Assembly: GCA_016845785.1 (NCBI GenBank)
Contig: JAERSH010000049.1
Location: forward strand, 40,140 to 104,139
Source: Fidelibacterota bacterium
GTDB taxonomy: Bacteria; Fidelibacterota; Marinisomatia; Marinisomatales; TCS55
Reading direction: 5' to 3'
DNA length: 64,000 bases
Made by a program: the position numbers and the translations under genes. This document shows, piece after piece, positions 21,101-29,352 of this stretch. The stretch's first letter is position 1, and each line of letters starts with the position of its first letter. The notes beneath the pieces are model-generated. The model was given only the letters and a program-made list of their open reading frames with translations, had not been told where the DNA came from and did no database searches.

Positions 21101-21748
21101 GCCAACACTTTAGAGAGTATGGTTTTTATTAATAATGGCAATGGATTTGATCCAGTCCTATTACCATTTGAAGCCCAGGTGACAACGGCTATGCACGCAG
21201 GTGTTGCAGATTTAAACGGTGATGGGCACGAAGATATTTTCTTAAGTCAAAATTTCTTTGCAGTTCAAAATGAAACGGATCGCAATGACTCTGGTCGTGG
21301 TCTTGTTGTTCTGGGAAATGGCAAAGGTGAATTCAAATCATTCCCCGGTCATGAAAGCGGCATCTTGGTTTATGGAGAACAGCGAGGCGCTGCATTTGCA
21401 GATTTTAATATGGATGGTCGAACCGATTTGGTCGTCACACAAAACGGAGCCCAGACCAAACTTTATCAAAACGATCAGGCAAAACCCGGACTTCGCGTTC
21501 GCCTTCGAGGGCCAAAAGAAAACCCATTTTCATTTGGGGCAAAAGTTAGTGTTCAGTATAATGACGGCTCATTTGGGCCTGTGAGAGAAATTCAATCGGG
21601 ATCAGGATATTGGTCCCAGAATTCGCCGGTGCAAGTGTTAGGTCTCAAAGACAATGCTACCCATCTAAAAATAAAATGGCCCGATGGAACTGAATCCACC
21701 GAGCCATTAAAAGGAAATAATTTAACCGTTACGTTTAGTGGCAGTTAA
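18101..21748 (+). CDS. CRTAC1-family lipoprotein with duplicated FG-GAP (VCBS) propeller + ASPIC/UnbV modules
   Basis: 1215 aa with lipobox (IFGC). Many FG-GAP Ca-binding loops (DVNGDGWVDIY, DVDGDRDLDL, DVDNDGDLDLY, DLDNDGDLDIV, DIDGDGDLDLF, DIDNDGDPDLI, DLNGDGHEDIF, DFNMDGRTDLV). Two UnbV-like segments (LRLRGEGNNPQAIGAKIIV...GGRYLSGDD and VRLRGPKENPFSFGAKVSV...SGSGYWSQNS). Confidence 0.85.
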   Translation: MKYKIITIIIFLFIFGCTQSDPGWEKGQIYKVAPLPVPIGSNTTGFIELNPSETGVIAANKIGQKEVMENQHLMHGSGVALGDVNGDGWVDIYIPRIRESNILYMNKGNWIFEDQTKAAGVACEGRHSTGATFADVDGDRDLDLIVTALGGPNSVFLNDGKGNFKERKLPSFLDRPGSTSSTLADVDNDGDLDLYITNYKRLAMRDSLPPPVISFDNTLMEITNNRWIVMPPFNKEYETSVRNNVLLRFEMAEVDQFYLNDGEGNFNLIDITNSHFTDENGDPIQDHLRDWGLMAQFRDINNDTHPDLYICNDFESPDRAWINNGDGTFKAISKLAIRHTSNSSMAVDFADLNKDGNTDFFVTDMMSQSHILQKTQMGTMAPTPLSIGEIDNRPQYMHNTMFLNRGDHTFSEISQFSNTQASEWSWANMFMDVDLDGHEDILITTGHMYDVQDSDALQRQTEALQRINSFDAYKRMIFEFPTLELKNIAFKNKGGLKFENVTDGWGLGNEKDISHGMATADLDNDGDLDIVINRLNQNVGLFRNNTDANRLAIRLRGEGNNPQAIGAKIIVKGYSTVQSREVIAGGRYLSGDDPLQVFAAGNDLMSVEIQWRNGTKTAVDSVKANHLYTIRQINTLPISVDGNADKPLFTDKSELLNHTHYEAPFDDFANQSLLPNRFSQLGPGVAWMDMDEDGDEDLFITGGRGDKMHHFENKDGVAFSPLSTEDSLTQDATTVLSTIDSQGQRALLTAKANFESIDNSPSLITTLSPNGKSNLESISHMAGPMSQADIDGDGDLDLFVGGRVIPNQYPKPASSILYKNENGKLIPDMKQGTSFTDIGLVSGSVFSDIDNDGDPDLILALEWGPITVFQNNNGRFKDVTSNMDLSQYKGWWNGVATGDFNNDGLLDIVATNWGVNTKYHFSPNHPRQVYFDDFDNNNVLDIVEAHYDDDFNDLVPERGFSCISNAMPFVREEKETFLNYAQSSLGDIFGNSLNTAPYLEANTLESMVFINNGNGFDPVLLPFEAQVTTAMHAGVADLNGDGHEDIFLSQNFFAVQNETDRNDSGRGLVVLGNGKGEFKSFPGHESGILVYGEQRGAAFADFNMDGRTDLVVTQNGAQTKLYQNDQAKPGLRVRLRGPKENPFSFGAKVSVQYNDGSFGPVREIQSGSGYWSQNSPVQVLGLKDNATHLKIKWPDGTESTEPLKGNNLTVTFSGS

Positions 21749-22890
21749 TCTGCCATTTTCCAGAAGGCAATACCGCCTGCCTGTTTGCCAATTTCTGCAA
21801 TAGCCACGGGTTTTAGTGTTTTTAAATCGAACACTTCAACTGCACCCGGTTCTTTACCAATCCCTTCAACGCTTACAAATGCATATCGACTGTCTGGTGA
21901 AATAGACACGCCATGTGTGACTTTTCGTGTATTTTTGAATTTGGCTATTTCTTTACCTGTGGATAAATCCCATACACCTGTTTTTGCTGCACTTTTATAG
22001 GTGATGACCAAGTATTTTCCATCATTAGAAACTTCACAGTTATAAGGACCTTTATCTGTCTTAAAGGTGCGGGTCACTTCCCATTTGTTTACATCTACCT
22101 CTACTACATTGTGTGTCCCATTATTCACCACATATAAACGATCATCTTTTGGATGGGGGTAAACCCACGTGGGTTTTTCTGCCGGCATTTTGTGGTCCAT
22201 CTTTGCCATTTTCCCCTTTTTCATACCACCCATATTCATTTTACTGTGATCCATTTTTTTCATCTTATGGCCACTGTGACCGCCCATTTTTTTCATTTTG
22301 GGCGCGGTAGATAGTGTGCGCGTTACGGCCATAGACATGGCATCAATTTCATAAAGCGTTCCGGACATCATGGCCACAGAGTAATGTTTTAATCCATTAT
22401 TCAGTAAGCGTGAACCGTGAGGCATGATACCTGTCTCAACCCGATCCACCTCAATCATTTCATCAGGATCGACAATAGATACGGTGCTGGGCTCGCTATG
22501 ACTACCATGAAGATTAAAATTCACGATATAGAGCAACCCTGTGGCATTGGAGATCCCCATGGTGGCGGGGAATAATCCCAATTCCACCCTGTCCACCATT
22601 TCATCAGAACCGGTTTTGTATTTATACAGATGACCGTAGGGCATCCCATGGGCCATGGATAAATACCAATATTCCCCATCCGGCGATACAGATAGACCAT
22701 GTGGCCCTTCAATCTCCAATGGCCAAACACCCACCGGAATGCGTTTTTCTACATGGGCTGTTTTGCCATCAAATCGTATGAGTGCAACTTCATCTTCAGA
22801 TTCTGCTGCTACGTAGAAATAGTAATCTTTTGCAAATAATCCGCTGATGCCAATCATCGTGACCAGCATTAGATATATGATTCGTTTCAT
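21745..22890 (-). CDS. Secreted YVTN/YncE-like beta-propeller protein with Met/His-rich insert
   Basis: 381 aa with a signal peptide. Repeated GPHGLSVSPDG / THGVSISPDSRY / YNCEVSNDGKY beta-propeller blades. The internal segment KMKKMGGHSGHKMKKMDHSKMNMGGMKKGKMAKMDHKM spans aa ~198-236. Confidence 0.65.
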   Translation of the reverse strand: MKRIIYLMLVTMIGISGLFAKDYYFYVAAESEDEVALIRFDGKTAHVEKRIPVGVWPLEIEGPHGLSVSPDGEYWYLSMAHGMPYGHLYKYKTGSDEMVDRVELGLFPATMGISNATGLLYIVNFNLHGSHSEPSTVSIVDPDEMIEVDRVETGIMPHGSRLLNNGLKHYSVAMMSGTLYEIDAMSMAVTRTLSTAPKMKKMGGHSGHKMKKMDHSKMNMGGMKKGKMAKMDHKMPAEKPTWVYPHPKDDRLYVVNNGTHNVVEVDVNKWEVTRTFKTDKGPYNCEVSNDGKYLVITYKSAAKTGVWDLSTGKEIAKFKNTRKVTHGVSISPDSRYAFVSVEGIGKEPGAVEVFDLKTLKPVAIAEIGKQAGGIAFWKMAD

Positions 22891-22898
22891 TGTTTCCC

Positions 22899-24941
22899 CT
22901 AGTTTGTACCCATGGGCGTATCATCATCTAATTTGATGGCCCATAGTCCATTATTCATATCTGAAAAATAGATTAACCCTTTGTAAGGCATGGTGCCCCA
23001 CACGTTTGGGCGATTCGCCATGAAGCCATCAGGGTCACCGGACATAAAAAATGCAATTTCACGCCCTTGGGCATAGATGTCTCCCATAAGTTCACCGGAA
23101 ATATCCACGATGCGAAGACCGCCCTGATAATAGGATGCCAATAGAGTGTCTCCATGAACCCAATGATTGTGTGAGCCCGCTTCAGGCACTTGATACACGG
23201 CTGTTTCTTTCGGATTTTTTGGATCGGTAAAATCCAAGAAATGGAATCCGCCCGCCATACCAAATTGGTTCCCCCATTCATCTCCAGCGATGATATAAAA
23301 CTTATCCGTGGATTGGCTAATAAATGGGAACGCTGCATGGTTATGTCCATTGGGATCGGCCATGCCACCCAGCTTCACCGGGTTGCCGGGGCTACCTTGA
23401 CCTGCCATGGCAAGAAAAGGATTAAACTGAAGCTTTGATCGATTTGCTTCATTGAACTTTACACCGCCTACATCTACAACGTGAACTCCATCTGCCCAGT
23501 TCGATGAATAGGCCAATCCATCTTTCACCCAAACATCGTGCACGCCATGTCCCGGAGTGCTTAACTCATATCGACCCACCCGAAATGGATTGGATGGATC
23601 TTCAATATTAATAATATCATATTTCCGGCCATTATTTACTGCATACACATGATTCTCATAAATGAAAACATTGTGCACACCACCGGTCATATCATCATTG
23701 AATTCATATGTAATTTTTACATCATATGGGTCTTCAATGTCCAGAATTACAAATCCGTTTTTACGGTTGGATGCCCCTTCTCTGGTGATGACGGCTACAC
23801 GACCATCCTCTGATACTTTCACATCATTAACGGTACGGGCATCAACGGTAACTGTATCAATAATATGCATTTTTGAGGGGTCAGTCACATCCCAAAAGTA
23901 GGCTTCGCCATTTGCGCCCCAAGTTCCCGTAGCGGCAAAATCTTTACCAACATGCTTTCCAATCCCGGGCCAGACCCAAAGGTCAGACGTATTGACATCT
24001 TTCACGGTGCCATGGCCCACAACAGTAATTTTTCTGCCCACATTTCTAGGTACAACCTTTACTGTTTTTCGGGCCGAATAACCGCCTGACTGGGCCATCA
24101 CTGTAAATATCCCCGGAGTTTCCGCAACAAATTTACCTTCTTGGTTAACCAGCGCAGATGCAGGGAGACCAATACCATATTCAGCTTTTCCGGTATAAGA
24201 AAAAACCACGGGCACATCTTCCACGGCGCGACCAGATCGGTTCATGGCTTGAGCAGAAAGGGTGAGTACATCTCCGGTGCGAATTTCATCCTTGTCGGCT
24301 GAAAGGTTCATTTTTCTCACCGGATTTTTTAATGCTTTAATATTAATTGACTCACTGATGCCTTCTACAGATGCAGTGAGCGTAGCTTTGCCGGGTTTTT
24401 TCACCGAAAGATTGCCAAAGCTATCAAAAGTGGCCACATCATTATTGCTGGAAGTAAGAGATACTTTTTCATCCCGTTTCAGTTCGGCTTGGTCAAAAAC
24501 CTCTGTATTGTATTTAACAGATGTGCCTACATATACCTTAATCACGGGATCAACAAAAGCCACCCGATCTAGAGGCGGTGCCGGAACATGAACCGGAATT
24601 TTACCCATAACACGGTCTGATCGTTTTTTCGCAATACTGCGAACAGCCAAACTTAGATTCCCAGGTTTATGTGCTTTTATTGTCACCGTTGCCACGCCTG
24701 TAGAATCACTCATCCTTGGGCTGGATTCTAAAGAACGCCGCGGGCGTCCATATACGTAGAATGGATTGTTTGATAATTTTCCATCTCCATCTACGAGCTT
24801 TATGGTTACAGATCCGGTTTCACCAATATGCAGTGAAAGAGAATCGGGTTCAAATACAAACTGTAGTTTCTTTTCTTCTTCAGCGTCCTGCCCCAGTGAA
24901 AAGCTTAATGTTGTCAGTACGATAGCAATTAGTTTTTTCAT
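22899..24941 (-). CDS. Secreted Big_2 (Ig-like) + LVIVD-repeat beta-propeller protein, paralogue A
   Basis: 680 aa with a signal peptide ending ...SLG|Q. Ig-like Big_2-type segments (KKPGKATLTASVEGISESINIKAL) and a C-terminal propeller with LVIVD-type strands (GLRIVDISGEL, GVHVVDVGG, GFVILDIEDP). Confidence 0.75.
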   Translation of the reverse strand: MKKLIAIVLTTLSFSLGQDAEEEKKLQFVFEPDSLSLHIGETGSVTIKLVDGDGKLSNNPFYVYGRPRRSLESSPRMSDSTGVATVTIKAHKPGNLSLAVRSIAKKRSDRVMGKIPVHVPAPPLDRVAFVDPVIKVYVGTSVKYNTEVFDQAELKRDEKVSLTSSNNDVATFDSFGNLSVKKPGKATLTASVEGISESINIKALKNPVRKMNLSADKDEIRTGDVLTLSAQAMNRSGRAVEDVPVVFSYTGKAEYGIGLPASALVNQEGKFVAETPGIFTVMAQSGGYSARKTVKVVPRNVGRKITVVGHGTVKDVNTSDLWVWPGIGKHVGKDFAATGTWGANGEAYFWDVTDPSKMHIIDTVTVDARTVNDVKVSEDGRVAVITREGASNRKNGFVILDIEDPYDVKITYEFNDDMTGGVHNVFIYENHVYAVNNGRKYDIINIEDPSNPFRVGRYELSTPGHGVHDVWVKDGLAYSSNWADGVHVVDVGGVKFNEANRSKLQFNPFLAMAGQGSPGNPVKLGGMADPNGHNHAAFPFISQSTDKFYIIAGDEWGNQFGMAGGFHFLDFTDPKNPKETAVYQVPEAGSHNHWVHGDTLLASYYQGGLRIVDISGELMGDIYAQGREIAFFMSGDPDGFMANRPNVWGTMPYKGLIYFSDMNNGLWAIKLDDDTPMGTN

Positions 24942-24956
24942 ATTATCCTCCGATGC

Positions 24957-27035
24957 TTATGGTGCATCTGATCCTTTTTCTTTGTCTTCCAATTTGATGC
25001 AGTATAGTCCTGAATTCATGTCTGCAAAGAAAATGTAATCTTTGTATGGCTGCGCGCCCCAGACCATGGGTGCATTCGCAATTTTCCCGTCTTTATGGGC
25101 CGATTGATATACTGCAATTTCTCTGCCTTGCTTATAGATATCTCCAAGCAGTTCACCTGAAATATCTACCACACGGAGACCGCCTTGATAGTTCCCCGCC
25201 AGCAACATATCCCCATATATCCATAAGTTATGTGATCCTGCTTCAGGCACTTGATACAGGGCATCTTCTCTTGGATTGTCTGGATCGGTGAAATTCAAAA
25301 AGTGATATCCGCCACGCGGGTTGGATGGCTCACCACGCGTGGCCCGAACGCCCCATGGAAAAATTTCATCTCCACCCACAATATAAAACTGGCCAGTAGA
25401 TTGGCTCACATATGGAAACGCCGCATGGTTTCTGCCGGTGGGATCACCCATTTCAGCCAACTTGACCGGATTGGATGGACTACCCTGACCTGCTTTTGCC
25501 AAGAGTGGATTAAACTGTGATTTTGATCGATCCGTTTCTTGAAGCTTTTTTGCACCAATATCCACAGCGACAACACCGTCACCCCAATTCGATGAATAGG
25601 CAATGCCATCTTCGATCCAAACATCATGGATGCTATGCCCCGGTGTATCCAACTCAAACACACCCACACGAAATGGGTTGGATGGATCATCAATATTAAT
25701 AATATCATATTTTCGTCCATTATTCACCGCATATACATGGTTGTCATAAATGAACACATTGTGAACGCCACCGGTCATATCATCATTGTATTCATACGTA
25801 ATATCCACATTGTAGGGGTCCGTTACATTCAGCACAACAAATCCATTTTTGCGATTGGAGGCCCCTTCTCTTGTAATAACACCTACGCGCCCATCTTCAG
25901 AAATTTTAACATCATTTACGGTACGCGCATCCACCGTAACTGTATCAATAATGATCATACTGTCTGGATTGGTTACGTCCCAAAAATAAGCTTCTCCATT
26001 GGAGCCCCAAGTGCCGGTGACTGCAAAATCTTTTCCCTCATGTTGATCAACGCCTGGCCACACCCAAAGATCGCTGGTAAGGACTTCGGATATCAATCCG
26101 TGGCCAACAAGAGATACTTTTCTTTTTACATCCCGTTCCACAACTTTAACTGTTTTTTGTGCGGAGTGGCCTCCTGAAGAGGCAGTCAAAGTATACAGTC
26201 CTGCCGTCTCGGCTACGAATCGACCGTCATCTGTAACTAGACCCGAAGCGGGTAAACCAAATGTACCGTAGTCTGATTGACCAATATAAGTATAGGTAAT
26301 GGGCGCATCATCTACAGAACGACCACCCCTGTTTAATGCCTTTGCATTGAGATGCAATACATCACCTGTGCGAATTTCTTCTGTATCAATATCTAAGGTG
26401 ACGCCCCTTACTGGATTTTTGACGACACGAATATCAAAGGATTCCGTCACATCATCTGCCGTGGCAGAGATGGTTGTTTTTCCTTTTTTAAATGTTTCTA
26501 GATTGCCAAATATATCAAAATCAGCAACCTTTGGATTGCTCGAAATTAATTGGACATCCACTTCCGATCTATTCAAGCCTGCCTCATCTGTCACATCTAC
26601 TGATAATGGTGTTGCCGTCCCCACATAGAGTTTAGAGGGTGTTTGATTAAAAGTCACTTGGTCGATAGGCGGATAAGGAACATTCACAACCAACTTATCC
26701 CGAATGCGGTCGTCTCTCTTCACCGTAATTGTCTGTGTCCGTAATATAAGTCTACCGGGTTTGTGGGCTTTTAATGTAACGGTTGCAACGCCCGTTGAGT
26801 CGCTTATTCGGGGAGAGACAGATAAAGATTTTCTCGCTCCAAATACATAAAATGGATTTTGGGCTAAATTCCCCGATTCATCCAATAGTCGGATGGTTAT
26901 TTCTTTAGTTTCCCCCACATGGATTTCGAGTGAATCCACATCAAATTCAAAATGAAACTTATCTTTTTGATCTTCTTGGCCAATTACCATTGCAAACAGC
27001 AACAGGGGCGCCAAGAGTCGGCGCATTGCATTCAT
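24957..27035 (-). CDS. Secreted Big_2 (Ig-like) + LVIVD-repeat beta-propeller protein, paralogue B
   Basis: 692 aa, collinear with paralogue A and sharing long identical runs (DDMTGGVHNVFIY, HVYAVNNGRKYDIINI, TVTVDARTVNDVK, ITREGASNRKNGFV, YQVPEAGSHN, GGLRVVDISGEL). Confidence 0.75.
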   Translation of the reverse strand: MNAMRRLLAPLLLFAMVIGQEDQKDKFHFEFDVDSLEIHVGETKEITIRLLDESGNLAQNPFYVFGARKSLSVSPRISDSTGVATVTLKAHKPGRLILRTQTITVKRDDRIRDKLVVNVPYPPIDQVTFNQTPSKLYVGTATPLSVDVTDEAGLNRSEVDVQLISSNPKVADFDIFGNLETFKKGKTTISATADDVTESFDIRVVKNPVRGVTLDIDTEEIRTGDVLHLNAKALNRGGRSVDDAPITYTYIGQSDYGTFGLPASGLVTDDGRFVAETAGLYTLTASSGGHSAQKTVKVVERDVKRKVSLVGHGLISEVLTSDLWVWPGVDQHEGKDFAVTGTWGSNGEAYFWDVTNPDSMIIIDTVTVDARTVNDVKISEDGRVGVITREGASNRKNGFVVLNVTDPYNVDITYEYNDDMTGGVHNVFIYDNHVYAVNNGRKYDIINIDDPSNPFRVGVFELDTPGHSIHDVWIEDGIAYSSNWGDGVVAVDIGAKKLQETDRSKSQFNPLLAKAGQGSPSNPVKLAEMGDPTGRNHAAFPYVSQSTGQFYIVGGDEIFPWGVRATRGEPSNPRGGYHFLNFTDPDNPREDALYQVPEAGSHNLWIYGDMLLAGNYQGGLRVVDISGELLGDIYKQGREIAVYQSAHKDGKIANAPMVWGAQPYKDYIFFADMNSGLYCIKLEDKEKGSDAP

Positions 27036-27138
27036 AAGTAATTCCTCCTCTAATTCATACTTTGTAAAAATGCTGGGGAATATACAACCAAAATTGATTT
27101 TAAATCTTAAGATTAAAGAATTTTATATAAAAAATAGA

Positions 27139-29346
27139 TTAAGGTTGTTGTATAAATCGGGCGAGCTCGTTTTTCATTATCGCTCCAATCTCATGGTTTG
27201 GGTTAAGAGCAAGTCCCCGATTTAAAATGATTGCCGCTTCTTTCAGTTGTTGTTGTCTTATTTTAACACCCGCAAGGTAAATGTATCCCTCCGTCAATGC
27301 AGGGTCCAATTCTACCGCTTTGGCCAAATGATTGGCTGCCAACATATCTTTTTTTAATTGAAACAATAGATGACCTATACCTAAGTGGGCTGTAGGATTA
27401 AAGGTGTTAATCTCTAATGATCGCATATAGGCTTCGATGGCAATATCCCGTTGCCCATTTCTGCTTTGAGCATATCCAAGTCCGGCCCACCCTTGCCAAT
27501 CCATAGGATTTGATTGCACAATTTCACCATAGGTTTTAACGGCCTTATCCATATCATCTACTGATAGGTATGCCTCGGCTAACCCCAGTTTTGCTCGGAT
27601 ATTATTGGGCCAAATCTTTACAGATTTTTGGTAATGATGGATGCCGGGTATTGCCATGCCACCTCGGATTAACTGTTCAGCTCTATATGCGAGCGCCGTA
27701 CTCCATCGTGTACGAATTTTGCTCTGATCTCTACCCGCATTCACCAACGATTGAATTGTCAATAGGCCAATTGTTTCATCATAGTCAATAAGTAGGTCCA
27801 AATAGGCCAATGCAACACCACGGATATCCAAATCTTTATTTTCAGACAAATGCTTTAGTTTGACAATCAACGCTTCAGATGGGTTGGATGCCCCTTCTGA
27901 CATGAATGCTTTGGCTAACCCTGCAAATACTTGCGGTGCCGGATCTTTATTAGAACCGATTAACGATAAAATACCTTCTTGTGTCATGTTGCCTTTTTCA
28001 TAATGAAAAAGAGCCGTTTCTAAATTATGAAGAGGCTTAAGATCACCGTACCATATTTCTACTTGATCTACAATTGATTGAGTGGACATATCCACATGGC
28101 ATTGCTGACAGGCATTCTTTAATCCCAATTGTTTATCCAATCCAGGCCTTGGTATAGAAATGGTGTGATCTGCGCGGGCAAACTTAAGCACATTTCCAAC
28201 CGCTTGATGTTGCTGGAAAGGCATATGGCATGATGTACACTGGCTTCCTTTTGATTCCGGTTTATGAAATGTATGGGCGGTTATATTTTCATTTTTTGAC
28301 ATATGGCAAGATGTGCATTGACCATTATCAAATCGACCTTTAAGTGGATTGCGGTTTACATCCTGATATCCATTTGAATGGGGATTGTGGCAATCCACAC
28401 ACGTCATGGACCCATTAAGATAACAATCACTAAAGACGTGGTTTTGCTGATAACCAAATGCTCTAACTCTGCCATCCGGAAAGTAGGGGTTGCCCCCCAA
28501 CATGGCAAATTTCGTACTGAAATACGATTCAAAATCCATCCCAGGGAGGTAGCCAGGACGCAGCATATCTTTTAGTGCGTGGCACTGGGCGCAGACATTA
28601 ACTGATGCTTCTTTCGTATTGGTTTTTAAAGATTGAATACCAGTATATCCCTTAATGATATTTTCGCCATAATCCATTAATGAAACATGGGTTTCCCCGG
28701 GACCATGACAGGATTCACAATTAATGGACAAATCTGTAAAGTGGGTTTCATATTTGCCTTTGGCAGGTTGAAATTCGGTGATGAGTTGACTACCGTGACA
28801 TTGCTGACAGTTCTTTTTTTCAGTAAGAAGGCCTAAAGATCGACTGGGCGGCCACTCAGAAAATTGTCTAAGAGATATAGATTCACTTGCCGGCAGCCAG
28901 CCAGAAAGATCATTGGTTTCAAAGAACCAGGTTTGCTTTCCCGGGTGATAATCAAAAGGCAGTAACCGCATGGTGCCATCAGGGAATAGACCGAAATATG
29001 TTTGCGTACCTCCCCCATATAAATGGCCACCACCAACCACGCCAATTACTTCATATTTAACTTCTTTGAATCCCGTTTCTTTGGCGCGAAAAAAATAGCG
29101 ACCATCCTTTTTATATGGAATAAACCACCCATTTTTAACCGTGATCTTTTTCCCATCAAATGGAGCCAAAACTCTTTTTTCATCTGGGAAGCCGCCAGCC
29201 TTAGCATGGGTAGAATTCTGCCAAGTACTAAATTGATCCGGATGACATGTGGCACAAGCGTCTGAACCGACAAATTGATTAGATTGACCAAATAAACATG
29301 ACCACCCTAAGGCAAGGATGCTTATACGCCATCGAATACAGTTCAT
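27139..29346 (-). CDS. Secreted octahaem c-type cytochrome with C-terminal TPR domain
   Basis: 735 aa with a signal peptide. Eight CxxCH motifs (CATCH, CQQCH, CESCH, CAQCH, CVDCH, CTSCH, CTSCH, CQQCH) in the first ~430 aa. TPR-like repeats in the last ~200 aa (AEAYLSVDDMDKAVKTYGEIVQSNP..., AIEAYMRSLEINTFNP..., LAKAVELDP...). Confidence 0.85.
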   Translation of the reverse strand: MNCIRWRISILALGWSCLFGQSNQFVGSDACATCHPDQFSTWQNSTHAKAGGFPDEKRVLAPFDGKKITVKNGWFIPYKKDGRYFFRAKETGFKEVKYEVIGVVGGGHLYGGGTQTYFGLFPDGTMRLLPFDYHPGKQTWFFETNDLSGWLPASESISLRQFSEWPPSRSLGLLTEKKNCQQCHGSQLITEFQPAKGKYETHFTDLSINCESCHGPGETHVSLMDYGENIIKGYTGIQSLKTNTKEASVNVCAQCHALKDMLRPGYLPGMDFESYFSTKFAMLGGNPYFPDGRVRAFGYQQNHVFSDCYLNGSMTCVDCHNPHSNGYQDVNRNPLKGRFDNGQCTSCHMSKNENITAHTFHKPESKGSQCTSCHMPFQQHQAVGNVLKFARADHTISIPRPGLDKQLGLKNACQQCHVDMSTQSIVDQVEIWYGDLKPLHNLETALFHYEKGNMTQEGILSLIGSNKDPAPQVFAGLAKAFMSEGASNPSEALIVKLKHLSENKDLDIRGVALAYLDLLIDYDETIGLLTIQSLVNAGRDQSKIRTRWSTALAYRAEQLIRGGMAIPGIHHYQKSVKIWPNNIRAKLGLAEAYLSVDDMDKAVKTYGEIVQSNPMDWQGWAGLGYAQSRNGQRDIAIEAYMRSLEINTFNPTAHLGIGHLLFQLKKDMLAANHLAKAVELDPALTEGYIYLAGVKIRQQQLKEAAIILNRGLALNPNHEIGAIMKNELARFIQQP

Positions 29347-29352
29347 TATAAT

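Noticed and set aside
18300-21500. Periodic DNA repeats within the CRTAC1 gene, considered as a possible repeat array or CRISPR-like feature.
   Set aside because: The periodicity is the coding signature of FG-GAP Ca-binding loops (D-x-D/N-x-D-G-x-x-D) inside one long ORF. There are no spacer-repeat units, and no CRISPR array exists anywhere in the window.
25626-26177. Long ORFs antisense to confidently assigned genes. Examples: 25626-26177(+), 22973-23368(-), 39519-39998(-), 39377-39763(-), 49866-50300(+), 15799-16218(-), 11348-11707(-), 26299-26628(+), 24262-24591(+).
   Set aside because: They lie entirely within, and opposite to, genes with strong family motifs. Their translations are low-complexity or compositionally odd, with no recognisable motifs or signal or TM logic. 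These are typical shadow ORFs.
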